Origin: an uncultured bacterium
GTDB lineage: Bacteria; Bacillota_I; Bacilli_A; RFN20; CAG-826
DNA length: 64,000 nt
Reading direction: 5' to 3'
Assembly: GCA_949285665.1 (NCBI GenBank)
Contig: CASDYC010000001.1
Location: forward strand, 79,709 to 143,708
Part shown: positions 41,978-51,885 of the stretch, piece after piece
Layout of the letters: the number at the start of each line of letters is the position of its first letter
How positions within the stretch are numbered: position 1 is the stretch's first letter
The notes under the pieces: generated by a model
What the model saw: only the letters and a program-made list of their open reading frames with translations
The model's database searches: none
What the model was told of the DNA's origin: nothing
Translations under genes and position numbers: made by a program

Positions 41978-44553
41978 TATTTTACACTATACCAATCTTT
42001 GGCATATCCTCCATCAACAGTTAATTTGACATCTAATTTAATAGTGTTTTCCATGATGTCTTTGATTTTAGTTTTTAATTCTTCTAATTCATTTTTATTG
42101 ATTTTAAATATAAGTTCATCATGGATTTGAAGAACTAATTTTGAGTCATAGTTTTCAAGTAATTTATCAATTTTAATCATTATAATTTTTATAATATCGG
42201 CAGCGCTGCCTTGAATTGGAGCATTACATGCAGCCCTTTTTGCAAATTCTCTTTTACTATAATTAGGCGAATTTATTTCTTCGATAAATCTTTTTCTGTT
42301 AAATATTGTTTTTACGTATCCATTTTTTGTTGCAAATTCAATTTGATTTTGCATATATGTTTTAATTTCTGGATAGGTTTCATAAAACTTATTAATTATT
42401 TCTTTTGCTTCTTTTAATGGGACATTAATTTGTTCTTTTAATCCATAATCTGAAATACCATAAACAATTCCAAAATTGACAGCTTTCGCTTTTCTTCTTT
42501 CTTGTTCTGTAATTTGAGTTTTATTAAATACTTTTTGAGCTGTTAAGGTATGAATATCAATGTTTGAATTAAAAGCATTAATTAAATTTTTACACTTTGA
42601 AAGAGAAGCTAAAATTCTTAATTCAATTTGAGAATAATCATAAGACAATATGCAATATAAATCATTATCATAGAAAAATGCTTTTCTAATTTCTTTTGAT
42701 TCTTCATCCCTAACAGCTATATTTTGCATATTTGGCTCACTTGATGATAGTCTTCCAGTAGTTGTTTGAGCTTGATTAAAGATACAATGAATTTTATTAT
42801 CTTTTCCAATGTAGTTCAATAAACCATTTACATAAGTGTTTAATAATTTTGCATATTTTCGATAAGATAATATTTTTTCAACTATTGGATGTTCATCTAC
42901 TAAATATTTTAAATAATCGATAGAAGTTGACGACTTTCTATTAGATTTTAATTGTAAGACATTAAATAATAAATTACTAACTTGCTTTGGAGAATCAATA
43001 TTAAATTCGCACCCAGCAAGTCGATAAATATCATGAGTTAATATATCTAATTTATCTTGATAATTTTTTGCAATACTTAATAATGTTTGCTTATTTAACG
43101 GAAATCCCTCATACTCCATATTTAATAAACATTTAGAAAGTGGTAACTCAATATTTTCATATAAATTAAAATCGTCTTTAGTTTTTAAATCAACAAGAAT
43201 TTTATTACTTAAAAGTCTTGAATATATTGAAATTTTTAAAGATGAATTAAATTGATCAATTTTTGGATCTATATCAGTTTTATCAAAAAATAAAAATGTT
43301 GTTTTAACATCACTAGAATTATTTGAATTTAATAAATAAGAACATAATAATAAATCACAATTTATTCCATTTAAATTTATATTATTCTTTTTTAATATAT
43401 AACCGATTGCTTTATAATTGAAACAGTCTTTTTTAATATCGCTACATTGCAAAATATTTTTGAAGTTTTTATCTAAAATGGCATTGTCATATTTAATATA
43501 ATAATTTGCATTTTTAGTTGATATAAAAAATCCTGAAATCTCGCAATTATGGTAATTTGAGGCATAATCATAATTTAGTGAAATACCAATTTCTTTATCA
43601 TTAATCTCTGGAATGTTACTTACTTCTTCAAAATTAAAATTTTCAATAATTTCATCTTTTGAAATTTCAGTTTCGATATTAGAAATCTTATTTACTAAGC
43701 TTTTCATTTCATATTTATTTAAAAAGTTTGTCGCTTTTTTAAAATCAATTCCTTTAAACAAAATATTTTCAAAATTAAATGGTAAATTTAAGTCTACATC
43801 AATTGTTGCTAATTTTTTGCATAAAATGCCGCTATCTTTATTTTCAATTATTTTAAGCGATAATTTCCCACCGATTTCTTGAGCATTATTAATAATATTT
43901 TCTAAATTATTATATTTTTTTAATAATGCAATTGCAGTTTTTTCTCCAATTCCAGGTATTCCTTTTAAATTGTCGCTGGAATCACCTCTTAAACCTTTAT
44001 AATCTTTTATTTGTTCTGGAAACATATCATATAAATTATAAAAGTTATCAAAATTTACTTTTTGAATATCTTTCATGCCTTTTCTAATTAAAGATATCGA
44101 AGTTTTATTATTGACTAATTGTAAATAATCTTTATCACTTGTATATATTTCAACATTATAATTGTGTTCATTTGACATTTTTGCAACGCTACCTGCAATA
44201 TCATCAGCTTCATCGCCTTCTTGTTCAAAAAAAGGAATATTAAAAGCTTCTAAGAGTTCTCTTAAAATTGGCATTTGAATTTTTAAAGATTCAGGACATG
44301 AAGGTCTATTTGCTTTATATTCAGCAAATTCTTTATGTCTTTTTGTTTCTTTTCCACTATCAAGTGCGACAAAAATTGTATCATTTTTATTTAAATTAGA
44401 TAAAAGTGGAAGTACCATGTTTGAAAAAGTAAAAATAGCATTAATTGGAATTCCAGTAGAAGTTTTTAAAATTGTATCTTCTCCTTTATATGCCGTTGCA
44501 TAATATGCTCTAAATAGTATCGAATAGCCATCTATAATTATTATTTTATTCAT
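41977..44553 (-). CDS. polA: DNA polymerase I
   Basis: Start re-called to MNKIIIIDG (ATG 44553); GDSSDNLKGIPGIG, TTTGRLSS, DYSQIELR, KAVNFGIVYG, QIHDEL. Confidence 0.96.
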   Translation of the reverse strand: MNKIIIIDGYSILFRAYYATAYKGEDTILKTSTGIPINAIFTFSNMVLPLLSNLNKNDTIFVALDSGKETKRHKEFAEYKANRPSCPESLKIQMPILRELLEAFNIPFFEQEGDEADDIAGSVAKMSNEHNYNVEIYTSDKDYLQLVNNKTSISLIRKGMKDIQKVNFDNFYNLYDMFPEQIKDYKGLRGDSSDNLKGIPGIGEKTAIALLKKYNNLENIINNAQEIGGKLSLKIIENKDSGILCKKLATIDVDLNLPFNFENILFKGIDFKKATNFLNKYEMKSLVNKISNIETEISKDEIIENFNFEEVSNIPEINDKEIGISLNYDYASNYHNCEISGFFISTKNANYYIKYDNAILDKNFKNILQCSDIKKDCFNYKAIGYILKKNNINLNGINCDLLLCSYLLNSNNSSDVKTTFLFFDKTDIDPKIDQFNSSLKISIYSRLLSNKILVDLKTKDDFNLYENIELPLSKCLLNMEYEGFPLNKQTLLSIAKNYQDKLDILTHDIYRLAGCEFNIDSPKQVSNLLFNVLQLKSNRKSSTSIDYLKYLVDEHPIVEKILSYRKYAKLLNTYVNGLLNYIGKDNKIHCIFNQAQTTTGRLSSSEPNMQNIAVRDEESKEIRKAFFYDNDLYCILSYDYSQIELRILASLSKCKNLINAFNSNIDIHTLTAQKVFNKTQITEQERRKAKAVNFGIVYGISDYGLKEQINVPLKEAKEIINKFYETYPEIKTYMQNQIEFATKNGYVKTIFNRKRFIEEINSPNYSKREFAKRAACNAPIQGSAADIIKIIMIKIDKLLENYDSKLVLQIHDELIFKINKNELEELKTKIKDIMENTIKLDVKLTVDGGYAKDWYSVK

Positions 44554-47500
44554 TTTCTTTAATCTCCATAATTTCACCTTGTTCAACAATGAATGATTTT
44601 TTATCATTTCTTTGAGAGAGTGTGCCTTTTAATGTAACGATTTTATCTTCGGCAAGATTTGAGTAATCTTTCATTGCAAGTCTAGTATCATTAAAAATAA
44701 TGCAATCTAAAGTAGTATTATTTATATCAAAAACGCTCAAAAAAGTAGTTATCTTATTTGGATCTTTGTTTGATTTTTTAATTCTAGAAATATAGACATG
44801 AATATAAGAAACTTCGTTTAATTTTAAATCTTTTATATCAATAATGTGATTTTTAAATCTTTTATTTGCATCGTTAATTGTGTATTTAAGAGGATTATCT
44901 GAAATTGCAATGCCTAATAATTTAATTTCATTTATTATTTTTTTAAACTTGTTTTCATATATATTTTCATCAAATTGAATTTCATTTTCGTTTGATTCAT
45001 CAAATAAATTTCCAGTTTTAGAAGTTACATTTGCATATTTAATACATAACTCAATTTTATCTAAAAGTGCATTTCTGTTTTTAATAAACGAGTCAAAACA
45101 ACCAGCTTCAATTAATTTTTGTATTTGAGATTGAGATACTTTATATTCGTATATTCTTTCGATAAAATCAAAAAATGACTTAAATTGGCCATGGTTTTTT
45201 CTTTCAAATAAAATTTTTTCTCTTGTATCCATATTTAACCCTTTTATTGAAGAAAAAGGCATAATCATTTGATTGTTATTTAAAACAAAAATATTGTCTG
45301 CTAAATTAATATCCGGTAAGCCAAGTTTAATATTTCTAAGTGTGATTTCGTCAATAAATTTTTTAAATTTATCATCATTACTATTATTTGTTGTCTGAAG
45401 AAGTGCTATATAAAATTCTTCCGGGTATTTTAATTTTAAATAAGCCAGTCTTGTTGTGATCATAGAATAAGATACACTATGAGATTTATTAAAACCATAT
45501 CCAGCGAATTTTTCAATTAAATTGTAAAAATTAACAGCAAGTTCATAGCTATAATGATTTTTTAAACAGCCTTCAATAAAATCTTTTTTCAGTTTTTCAA
45601 TTTCACTAATTTTCTTTTTTGAAATTGCTCTTCTAAAAATGTCAGCTTTTGAAAGAGAAAAACCAGCAACTTTTTGACAAATTTGAAGTATTTGTTCTTG
45701 ATAAATAATTATTCCATAAGTTGATTTTAAAATATCATATAAATCATTACTATAATAATTAATTTTATAATTTGGATCTTTTTCAAGATTATTTTTTCTT
45801 TCTGCATATAATGGAATTGATTGCATTGGACCAGGTCTAAATAAAGCAATTGTAGCGACAATATCATTAAAACAATTTGGCTGAATTATACTTATTGCAT
45901 TATTTATTCCATCTGATTCAAGTTGGAATAATCCCATTGTTAAACCTTTATTAATTAATTTTGAATAAATTTCAGGTTCATCAATTGGTATATCTTCAAA
46001 TTTAAGTGCAATATTTTTATTCTTTTTAATTAAATCTAAAATGAAATGAATTGTTGATAAATTTTTAAGAGCTAATAAATCCATTTTTAAAAAACCTTGT
46101 TGCTCTAAGTTATTCATCTCATACTGAGATAAATTTATATTAAATTCTTTTGAATAAATAAGTGGTAAATCATCAATTATTTTTTCATCATTTAAGACAA
46201 CACCAGCGGCATGAATTCCAAGTTGTCTTGGCAAACCTTCAATTTTTTGAGCTAAGTAAAAAATTCTTAAATAATAATCGTTTTTATCATTTACTCCTTG
46301 GTTGACAAAATTTCTTAATTTAGGATTTTTTTCATAAGATTGTTTTAATGTTAATTTATCATCCAAATTTTTACATAAATTGTCGATATGTTCTTGTGGA
46401 ATTTTATAAACTCTTCCAATATCTCTAATAGATTGATTTGCTTTTAGAGTTTGAATTGTTACAATTTGACAAACTCGATCTTGACCATACTTATTTTTTA
46501 AATAAGAAACAACTAAATCTCTTTTGGTATTTTCAAAATCAATATCAATATCAGGCATTGATACACGGTCAATATTTAAAAATCTTTCAAAAAGTAAATC
46601 ATATTTTAATGGGTCGACTTCAGTAATATTTAAAAGATAAGAAACAAGAGAACCAGCAGCAGAACCTCTTCCAGGAGCAACTAAAATGTCATTATTTTTT
46701 GCATAATTTACATAATCTTGAACAATTAAAAAATAGTCGTTATATCCCATTCTATCAATAACATCTAATTCATAATTTAATCTTTCAACATAATTATGAT
46801 TATTATCTAATTTTAGTTGTTTTAATTTTTCATAACAAATTGATTTTATTAATTGAGAAGATTGCTGTTGATTAGTAGAAAATCTTAATATTTTTCCTCT
46901 TTTAATATTGAAGTTAAAATTTAATTTACTTGTTAAAAATAATGTATTAATTAATTCTTCATTATTATAAATTTCTTTAATTTTTTCTTCAGACATAAAA
47001 TAATTTTTTCCAACTCTTTTTATATCTTCTTGTTTATCTATATCTAATGAATAAGTGAATTTCTCTTTGATACAATTTTGGATTTCAATTGTTATTGCAT
47101 CTTGAGGATTAACGTATTTAATATGAGGAAAAGCAAGATAATTAAAAGGATATTTTTTTAAAAATCCTCGCAAAACCCCATTATTTTTATCATTTGGTGA
47201 ATAAAATTCGAGCCCAATATAAAAATCATCTTTTAAAAGTTCGCTATATTTTTTCAATAAAAATGGCCATGAATCAAATGGGTTATTAAAAATATCTGAT
47301 TCTTGAGTTGAAATAATTAAAACGATATTATTTAGATATTTTTTTACATCATCAAAATTTAAATTTTCTGATTTTATATTTTTAATATAAGATAATTTAA
47401 TTAAATTTTTATATCCTAATTCGTTTTTAATTAATAATGTAAATTTATTATTATCAATTATTAAATCAAGACCAAAAAGTGGTTTTATATTATTTTTTTT

Positions 47501-47662
47501 ACAAATATTATAAAAATTTGGAAAACCTAATAATGTATCTTGATCTGTTATTGCACATGATGAAATATTTTCTTTTTTTAATTTCATCATTAAATCATCT
47601 AATTTTATGCAACTAGATAAAATAGAATATGAAGTATTTACATGTAATGGAACAAAATTCAT
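44546..47662 (-). CDS. dnaE: DNA polymerase III alpha subunit
   Basis: PHP N-terminus, GRGSAAGSLV, MPDIDIDF, HAAGVV, YGFNKSHS. Confidence 0.96.
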   Translation of the reverse strand: MNFVPLHVNTSYSILSSCIKLDDLMMKLKKENISSCAITDQDTLLGFPNFYNICKKNNIKPLFGLDLIIDNNKFTLLIKNELGYKNLIKLSYIKNIKSENLNFDDVKKYLNNIVLIISTQESDIFNNPFDSWPFLLKKYSELLKDDFYIGLEFYSPNDKNNGVLRGFLKKYPFNYLAFPHIKYVNPQDAITIEIQNCIKEKFTYSLDIDKQEDIKRVGKNYFMSEEKIKEIYNNEELINTLFLTSKLNFNFNIKRGKILRFSTNQQQSSQLIKSICYEKLKQLKLDNNHNYVERLNYELDVIDRMGYNDYFLIVQDYVNYAKNNDILVAPGRGSAAGSLVSYLLNITEVDPLKYDLLFERFLNIDRVSMPDIDIDFENTKRDLVVSYLKNKYGQDRVCQIVTIQTLKANQSIRDIGRVYKIPQEHIDNLCKNLDDKLTLKQSYEKNPKLRNFVNQGVNDKNDYYLRIFYLAQKIEGLPRQLGIHAAGVVLNDEKIIDDLPLIYSKEFNINLSQYEMNNLEQQGFLKMDLLALKNLSTIHFILDLIKKNKNIALKFEDIPIDEPEIYSKLINKGLTMGLFQLESDGINNAISIIQPNCFNDIVATIALFRPGPMQSIPLYAERKNNLEKDPNYKINYYSNDLYDILKSTYGIIIYQEQILQICQKVAGFSLSKADIFRRAISKKKISEIEKLKKDFIEGCLKNHYSYELAVNFYNLIEKFAGYGFNKSHSVSYSMITTRLAYLKLKYPEEFYIALLQTTNNSNDDKFKKFIDEITLRNIKLGLPDINLADNIFVLNNNQMIMPFSSIKGLNMDTREKILFERKNHGQFKSFFDFIERIYEYKVSQSQIQKLIEAGCFDSFIKNRNALLDKIELCIKYANVTSKTGNLFDESNENEIQFDENIYENKFKKIINEIKLLGIAISDNPLKYTINDANKRFKNHIIDIKDLKLNEVSYIHVYISRIKKSNKDPNKITTFLSVFDINNTTLDCIIFNDTRLAMKDYSNLAEDKIVTLKGTLSQRNDKKSFIVEQGEIMEIKENE

Positions 47663-48645
47663 TATTTAATAATTAAATTATCTAAATCCGAAATAAATTT
47701 CTTTAAATCTTTTAAAGAATTAATCTTACATCCACTGGCTTGAGCATGGCCTCCGCCTTCATATTTATTTGCAACCCCATTAATGGCTATTTTTTTGGAT
47801 CTAATTGAAATTCTATAACAATTAGAAACAACATCTTGAGCAATAGAACACCATATTTCAATTCCGTCAATATTTGCAAATGTATTTACAAAAGCTTTAG
47901 CATTCATTTGATTCAAACCAAGTTTTTTCATTCTTGATTCTTTTAAAACATAATAAGCAACGCCTTTTTTTGATACTTTATAATGATTTAAAATATATCT
48001 TAAAATATTTAAATCATTAACTTCTTGTTCATACATTAAACTATAAATTTTATTAATATCAATTTTTTTGTCAATTAATTCTTCAGCAATTGCAAATGTA
48101 TGTTGATTAGTTGAAGAATATAAAAATCTTCCACTATCTCCAACTAAACCAGAATATAAATAATAAGCAGATTTTTCTGATATTTTAAGATTAGAATATA
48201 TCATAAAATCGGCTACTAATTCACTAGCTGCGGCGATTTCAGTATCAATAATTGCAAGGCAATCATAATCTTTAACATATGGATGGTGATCAAAAACAAC
48301 AATTTCTTGCGCTTTGATAAATCTGTCATCAGAAACTCTAGATTTATCTGAAACATCTACAACAATACTTAAAAATTTGTCATCAAACCATTCATCTGGA
48401 ATGATTTTCATTTTTTCATAAAGTTTTGGAGTGAATTTATTATGATCATCTCCAACGCAAATTATATCTTTATTAGGAAAATTATCTTTTAAAAAATAAT
48501 ATAAACCTAATTGAGTACCTAAAGCATCAAAATCTGGAACTCTATGTCTAAAAACACATATCTTATTATATTTATTAATTAAATTTAAAACTTTATTGTA
48601 ATTTTCTTTGTGTTTATTTGAGTAATTTAAAATTTCTTGATTCAT
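47662..48645 (-). CDS. nrnA: DHH-family oligoribonuclease/pAp phosphatase NrnA
   Basis: HRVPDFDALG, DHH, GDSGRF, GGGHAQASG; adjacent to dnaE. Confidence 0.88.
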   Translation of the reverse strand: MNQEILNYSNKHKENYNKVLNLINKYNKICVFRHRVPDFDALGTQLGLYYFLKDNFPNKDIICVGDDHNKFTPKLYEKMKIIPDEWFDDKFLSIVVDVSDKSRVSDDRFIKAQEIVVFDHHPYVKDYDCLAIIDTEIAAASELVADFMIYSNLKISEKSAYYLYSGLVGDSGRFLYSSTNQHTFAIAEELIDKKIDINKIYSLMYEQEVNDLNILRYILNHYKVSKKGVAYYVLKESRMKKLGLNQMNAKAFVNTFANIDGIEIWCSIAQDVVSNCYRISIRSKKIAINGVANKYEGGGHAQASGCKINSLKDLKKFISDLDNLIIK

Positions 48646-49844
48646 TGATTTTTATATAAATTATATGCATCTCTTGCAATAACTACCTCTTCATCGGTTG
48701 GAATAACAACAACCATAACTTTACTAGAAGCAGTAGATATAATTCCTTCCTTTCCTTTAATTATTTCATTATTTATTATTTCATCATATTTAATATTTAA
48801 AGCTTCTTTAACATTATCTAAAATTGCTTTTCGATACAAAGCAGCGTTTTCACCGATACCAGCTGTAAAAATTAATAAATCACAACCACCTAATCTTACA
48901 AAATATTGACCAATAAAATCAGCTGCTCTCCTTGCAAATAATTCAATAGCCAATTTTGCTCTTTTATCGCCTTTAAAATAAGCATCTTCAACATCTCTTG
49001 TATCATTAGAAATACCAGAAACTCCCAAAAACCCAGATTGTTTATTAAAAATTTGATAAACTTCTTCAACGCTTAATTTTGCTTGTCTGCAAATATAATT
49101 CATGACTGATGGATCTAAATCTCCAGTTCTAGTACCCATCATAATTCCACCAAGAGGAGTTAATCCCATTGATGTTGCAACACATTTTCCATCTAAAATT
49201 GCTGTGATTGATGATCCACTTCCCAAATGACAAGAAATGATTTTGCTGTTAGGTTTATTATTTAAGTATTTTTTAATTGCAACTTCTGAAACATATCGAT
49301 GAGAAGTACCATGAGCACCATATCTTCTAATATCATAAGTTTCCGTTAAATGATATGGAATTGGGAATGTATAATCTTGAGGTTCCATTGTTTGATGAAA
49401 AGCAGTATCAAATGTCAATGTTTCTAAAGTATGTGGTAACAAGGATTCAAAAGCTTTAATTCCAATTAAATGAGCTTTATTATGTAGTGGTGCTAAAGGA
49501 ATTAAAGACTCAACAATTTTTTCATTTTCAGGTGTTGAAACAACAGATTTATTAAAATATTTCCCACCTTGAACAATTCTATGACCAATTACTTTAATTT
49601 CTTCAAGAGATTGAACAATACCCATTTCAATTAATTTTTTACTTAACAAATCAACACAGATATGATGATCTTTTAATGGTAAAATTTCTTTAAATTTTTT
49701 ATCATTATGGTTAATTTGAAAAATTCCGTCATCATGTCCAATTCTTTCAAAAATTCCAGAACATATTATTTTTTCTTCTGGCATATCATATAATTTGAAT
49801 TTTAAACTCGAACTACCGGCATTTACGGCCATTACTTTTTCCAT
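48642..49844 (-). CDS. ackA: Acetate kinase
   Basis: NAGSSSLK, APLHN, FDTAFH, YGAHGTSH, FTAGIGEN, PTDEE. Confidence 0.97.
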   Translation of the reverse strand: MEKVMAVNAGSSSLKFKLYDMPEEKIICSGIFERIGHDDGIFQINHNDKKFKEILPLKDHHICVDLLSKKLIEMGIVQSLEEIKVIGHRIVQGGKYFNKSVVSTPENEKIVESLIPLAPLHNKAHLIGIKAFESLLPHTLETLTFDTAFHQTMEPQDYTFPIPYHLTETYDIRRYGAHGTSHRYVSEVAIKKYLNNKPNSKIISCHLGSGSSITAILDGKCVATSMGLTPLGGIMMGTRTGDLDPSVMNYICRQAKLSVEEVYQIFNKQSGFLGVSGISNDTRDVEDAYFKGDKRAKLAIELFARRAADFIGQYFVRLGGCDLLIFTAGIGENAALYRKAILDNVKEALNIKYDEIINNEIIKGKEGIISTASSKVMVVVIPTDEEVVIARDAYNLYKNQ

Positions 49845-49992
49845 TTTATTACTCCTTAATTTTTAACATTAAAATTATATCATTTTTTGTGTGTCTTTTT
49901 ATAAAAACATGAAGTTTTTATTATTTATTATTTTGTGTATTTTTTTTATAATATTTATGTATTATGAAAAGTAATTAAAGGAGATTTTTTAT

Positions 49993-51867
49993 ATGGCATA
50001 TGGATTGTTATATGATTTCTTAATGGGACAAACAACTAGAGCTTATGAATATTTTGGTGCCCATTTTGTTGAATATGACGATATTGAAAATGTACCACAC
50101 AAAAGAGGAAGAAAGAAAAAGATAAAAGTCAAAGGAGTTATTTTTAGATTATACGCTCCAATGGCAAGTGATGTATCAGTTATTGGAGAGTTTAATAATT
50201 GGGATCCTAGAGTCCATAAAATGACAAAAATTGATGATAGTGGTGTCTTTGAAATTTTTATTCCTAATTTATTTAATTATCAATCTTATAAATATCATTT
50301 TAAAAATGCACAAGGCTTTTATGTAGATAAAGCTGATCCTTATGCATTTTTCTCAGAAGTTGCTCCAAATTCATGTTCAAGATTATTTAATATTGAAGGA
50401 TTTATCTGGCATGATAAACCATATATGGATCATAGAACTAGAAATTTTGACCAAGCAATGAGCATTTATGAAATTCATCTTGGTTCTTGGAGAGGAAAAA
50501 TTGATGGAAGAGATCCATCTTATGAAGAAGTAGCTGATAGTTTAATTCCATATTTAAAAGAATTAGGGTATACACATGTTGAAATTATGCCAATTTGTCA
50601 ATATCCATTCTCTGGATCATGGGGCTATCAAGCTACTGGTTTTTATAGTGTTGATTCAAGATATGGTAATCCAATGCAATTGATGTCTTTTGTTGATCGA
50701 ATGCATCAAGCAGGATTTGGCGTTATTTTAGATTTTGCACCAGTTCATTTTGCAGTTGATTATTATGGATTAATTCAATTTGATGGAACAAATTTATACG
50801 AAGGATCTGGTGATAGAGCTTATTCTCAATGGGGCAGTTGTTTATTTGATTTAGGAAAAGATCCTGTCAGATCATTTTTAATTTCTGCTATGAATTATTT
50901 CTTAACTTATTTCCATTTTGATGGCATTAGAGTTGATGCTGTTTCAAATATTTTATACTATGATGGCAATAAGCAAAGAGGCGCATGGGAAGGTGGAGTC
51001 GAATTCTTAAAAAGATTAACTGGAAAATTACACATTGAACATGATTCTGTCATGTTAATTGCTGAAGATTCAACTGATTTCTTAGGAACTACCCATCCAC
51101 TTTGGGCTGGCGGTATCGGATTTGATTATAAATGGGATTTAGGTTGGATGAATGACACTTTAAAATATTATGCTTTAGATCCAGTTTATAAAAAATATGA
51201 AAGTAATAAATTTACATTCTCAATGATATATTTCTATAGTGAAAATTTCTTATTACCATTATCTCACGATGAAGTTGTTCATGGAAAAGGAACAATTATT
51301 AATAAGATGTGGGGCGATTATGATACAAAATTTGCCTTATTAAGAAATTTATATACTTATATGTTTGCTCATCCTGGTAAAAAATTAAACTTCATGGGCA
51401 ATGAATTAGCATCATGGGATGAATGGAATGAGAAAAAATCTCTACCATGGGAATTAAAACATTTCCCAATTCATGATTCAATTTCAAGAATGATTAGAGA
51501 TTTAAATTTAATTTATCAATCTGAAGATGCAATGAAAGTAGAAGAATATAATAGTGCACACTTTAATTGGTTAATGGTTGATAATAACGATCAATCAGTG
51601 TATGCTTTTGAAAGACGTGTTGGAAATTCACATTTAGTATTCATATTTAATATGACTCCAAATTTCTATGAATACTACGATGTTGGTGTCACAAGACCTG
51701 GTAAATACGTTGAATTATTTAATTGTGATAAAGATGTTTATTCTGGAAGAAATCAATACAATGGTGCTGATATTTATACAAGTGAATGGGGACCAGAAAA
51801 TAAACCATTCAAAGTTACAATTAAATTAGCAAGTTATGGTGCATTAATTTTAAAATACACAAAGTAA
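49993..51867 (+). CDS. glgB: 1,4-alpha-glucan branching enzyme
   Basis: IYEIHLGSW, SWGYQ, DGIRVDAV, IAEDST, WDLGWMND, PLSHDEVVHGK. Confidence 0.95.
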   Translation: MAYGLLYDFLMGQTTRAYEYFGAHFVEYDDIENVPHKRGRKKKIKVKGVIFRLYAPMASDVSVIGEFNNWDPRVHKMTKIDDSGVFEIFIPNLFNYQSYKYHFKNAQGFYVDKADPYAFFSEVAPNSCSRLFNIEGFIWHDKPYMDHRTRNFDQAMSIYEIHLGSWRGKIDGRDPSYEEVADSLIPYLKELGYTHVEIMPICQYPFSGSWGYQATGFYSVDSRYGNPMQLMSFVDRMHQAGFGVILDFAPVHFAVDYYGLIQFDGTNLYEGSGDRAYSQWGSCLFDLGKDPVRSFLISAMNYFLTYFHFDGIRVDAVSNILYYDGNKQRGAWEGGVEFLKRLTGKLHIEHDSVMLIAEDSTDFLGTTHPLWAGGIGFDYKWDLGWMNDTLKYYALDPVYKKYESNKFTFSMIYFYSENFLLPLSHDEVVHGKGTIINKMWGDYDTKFALLRNLYTYMFAHPGKKLNFMGNELASWDEWNEKKSLPWELKHFPIHDSISRMIRDLNLIYQSEDAMKVEEYNSAHFNWLMVDNNDQSVYAFERRVGNSHLVFIFNMTPNFYEYYDVGVTRPGKYVELFNCDKDVYSGRNQYNGADIYTSEWGPENKPFKVTIKLASYGALILKYTK

Positions 51868-51885
51868 CAAAATTAGGGGGAAAAT

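Noticed and set aside
44554-44607. Long polA/dnaE overlap implied by the ORF track
   Set aside because: The homologous PolA N-terminus starts at ATG 44553 with a GGAG RBS; the real overlap is 8 bp.
49902-49920. Inverted repeat TAAAAAC-ATGAA-GTTTTTA between ackA and glgB
   Set aside because: Low-complexity and single-copy; cannot be distinguished from chance.
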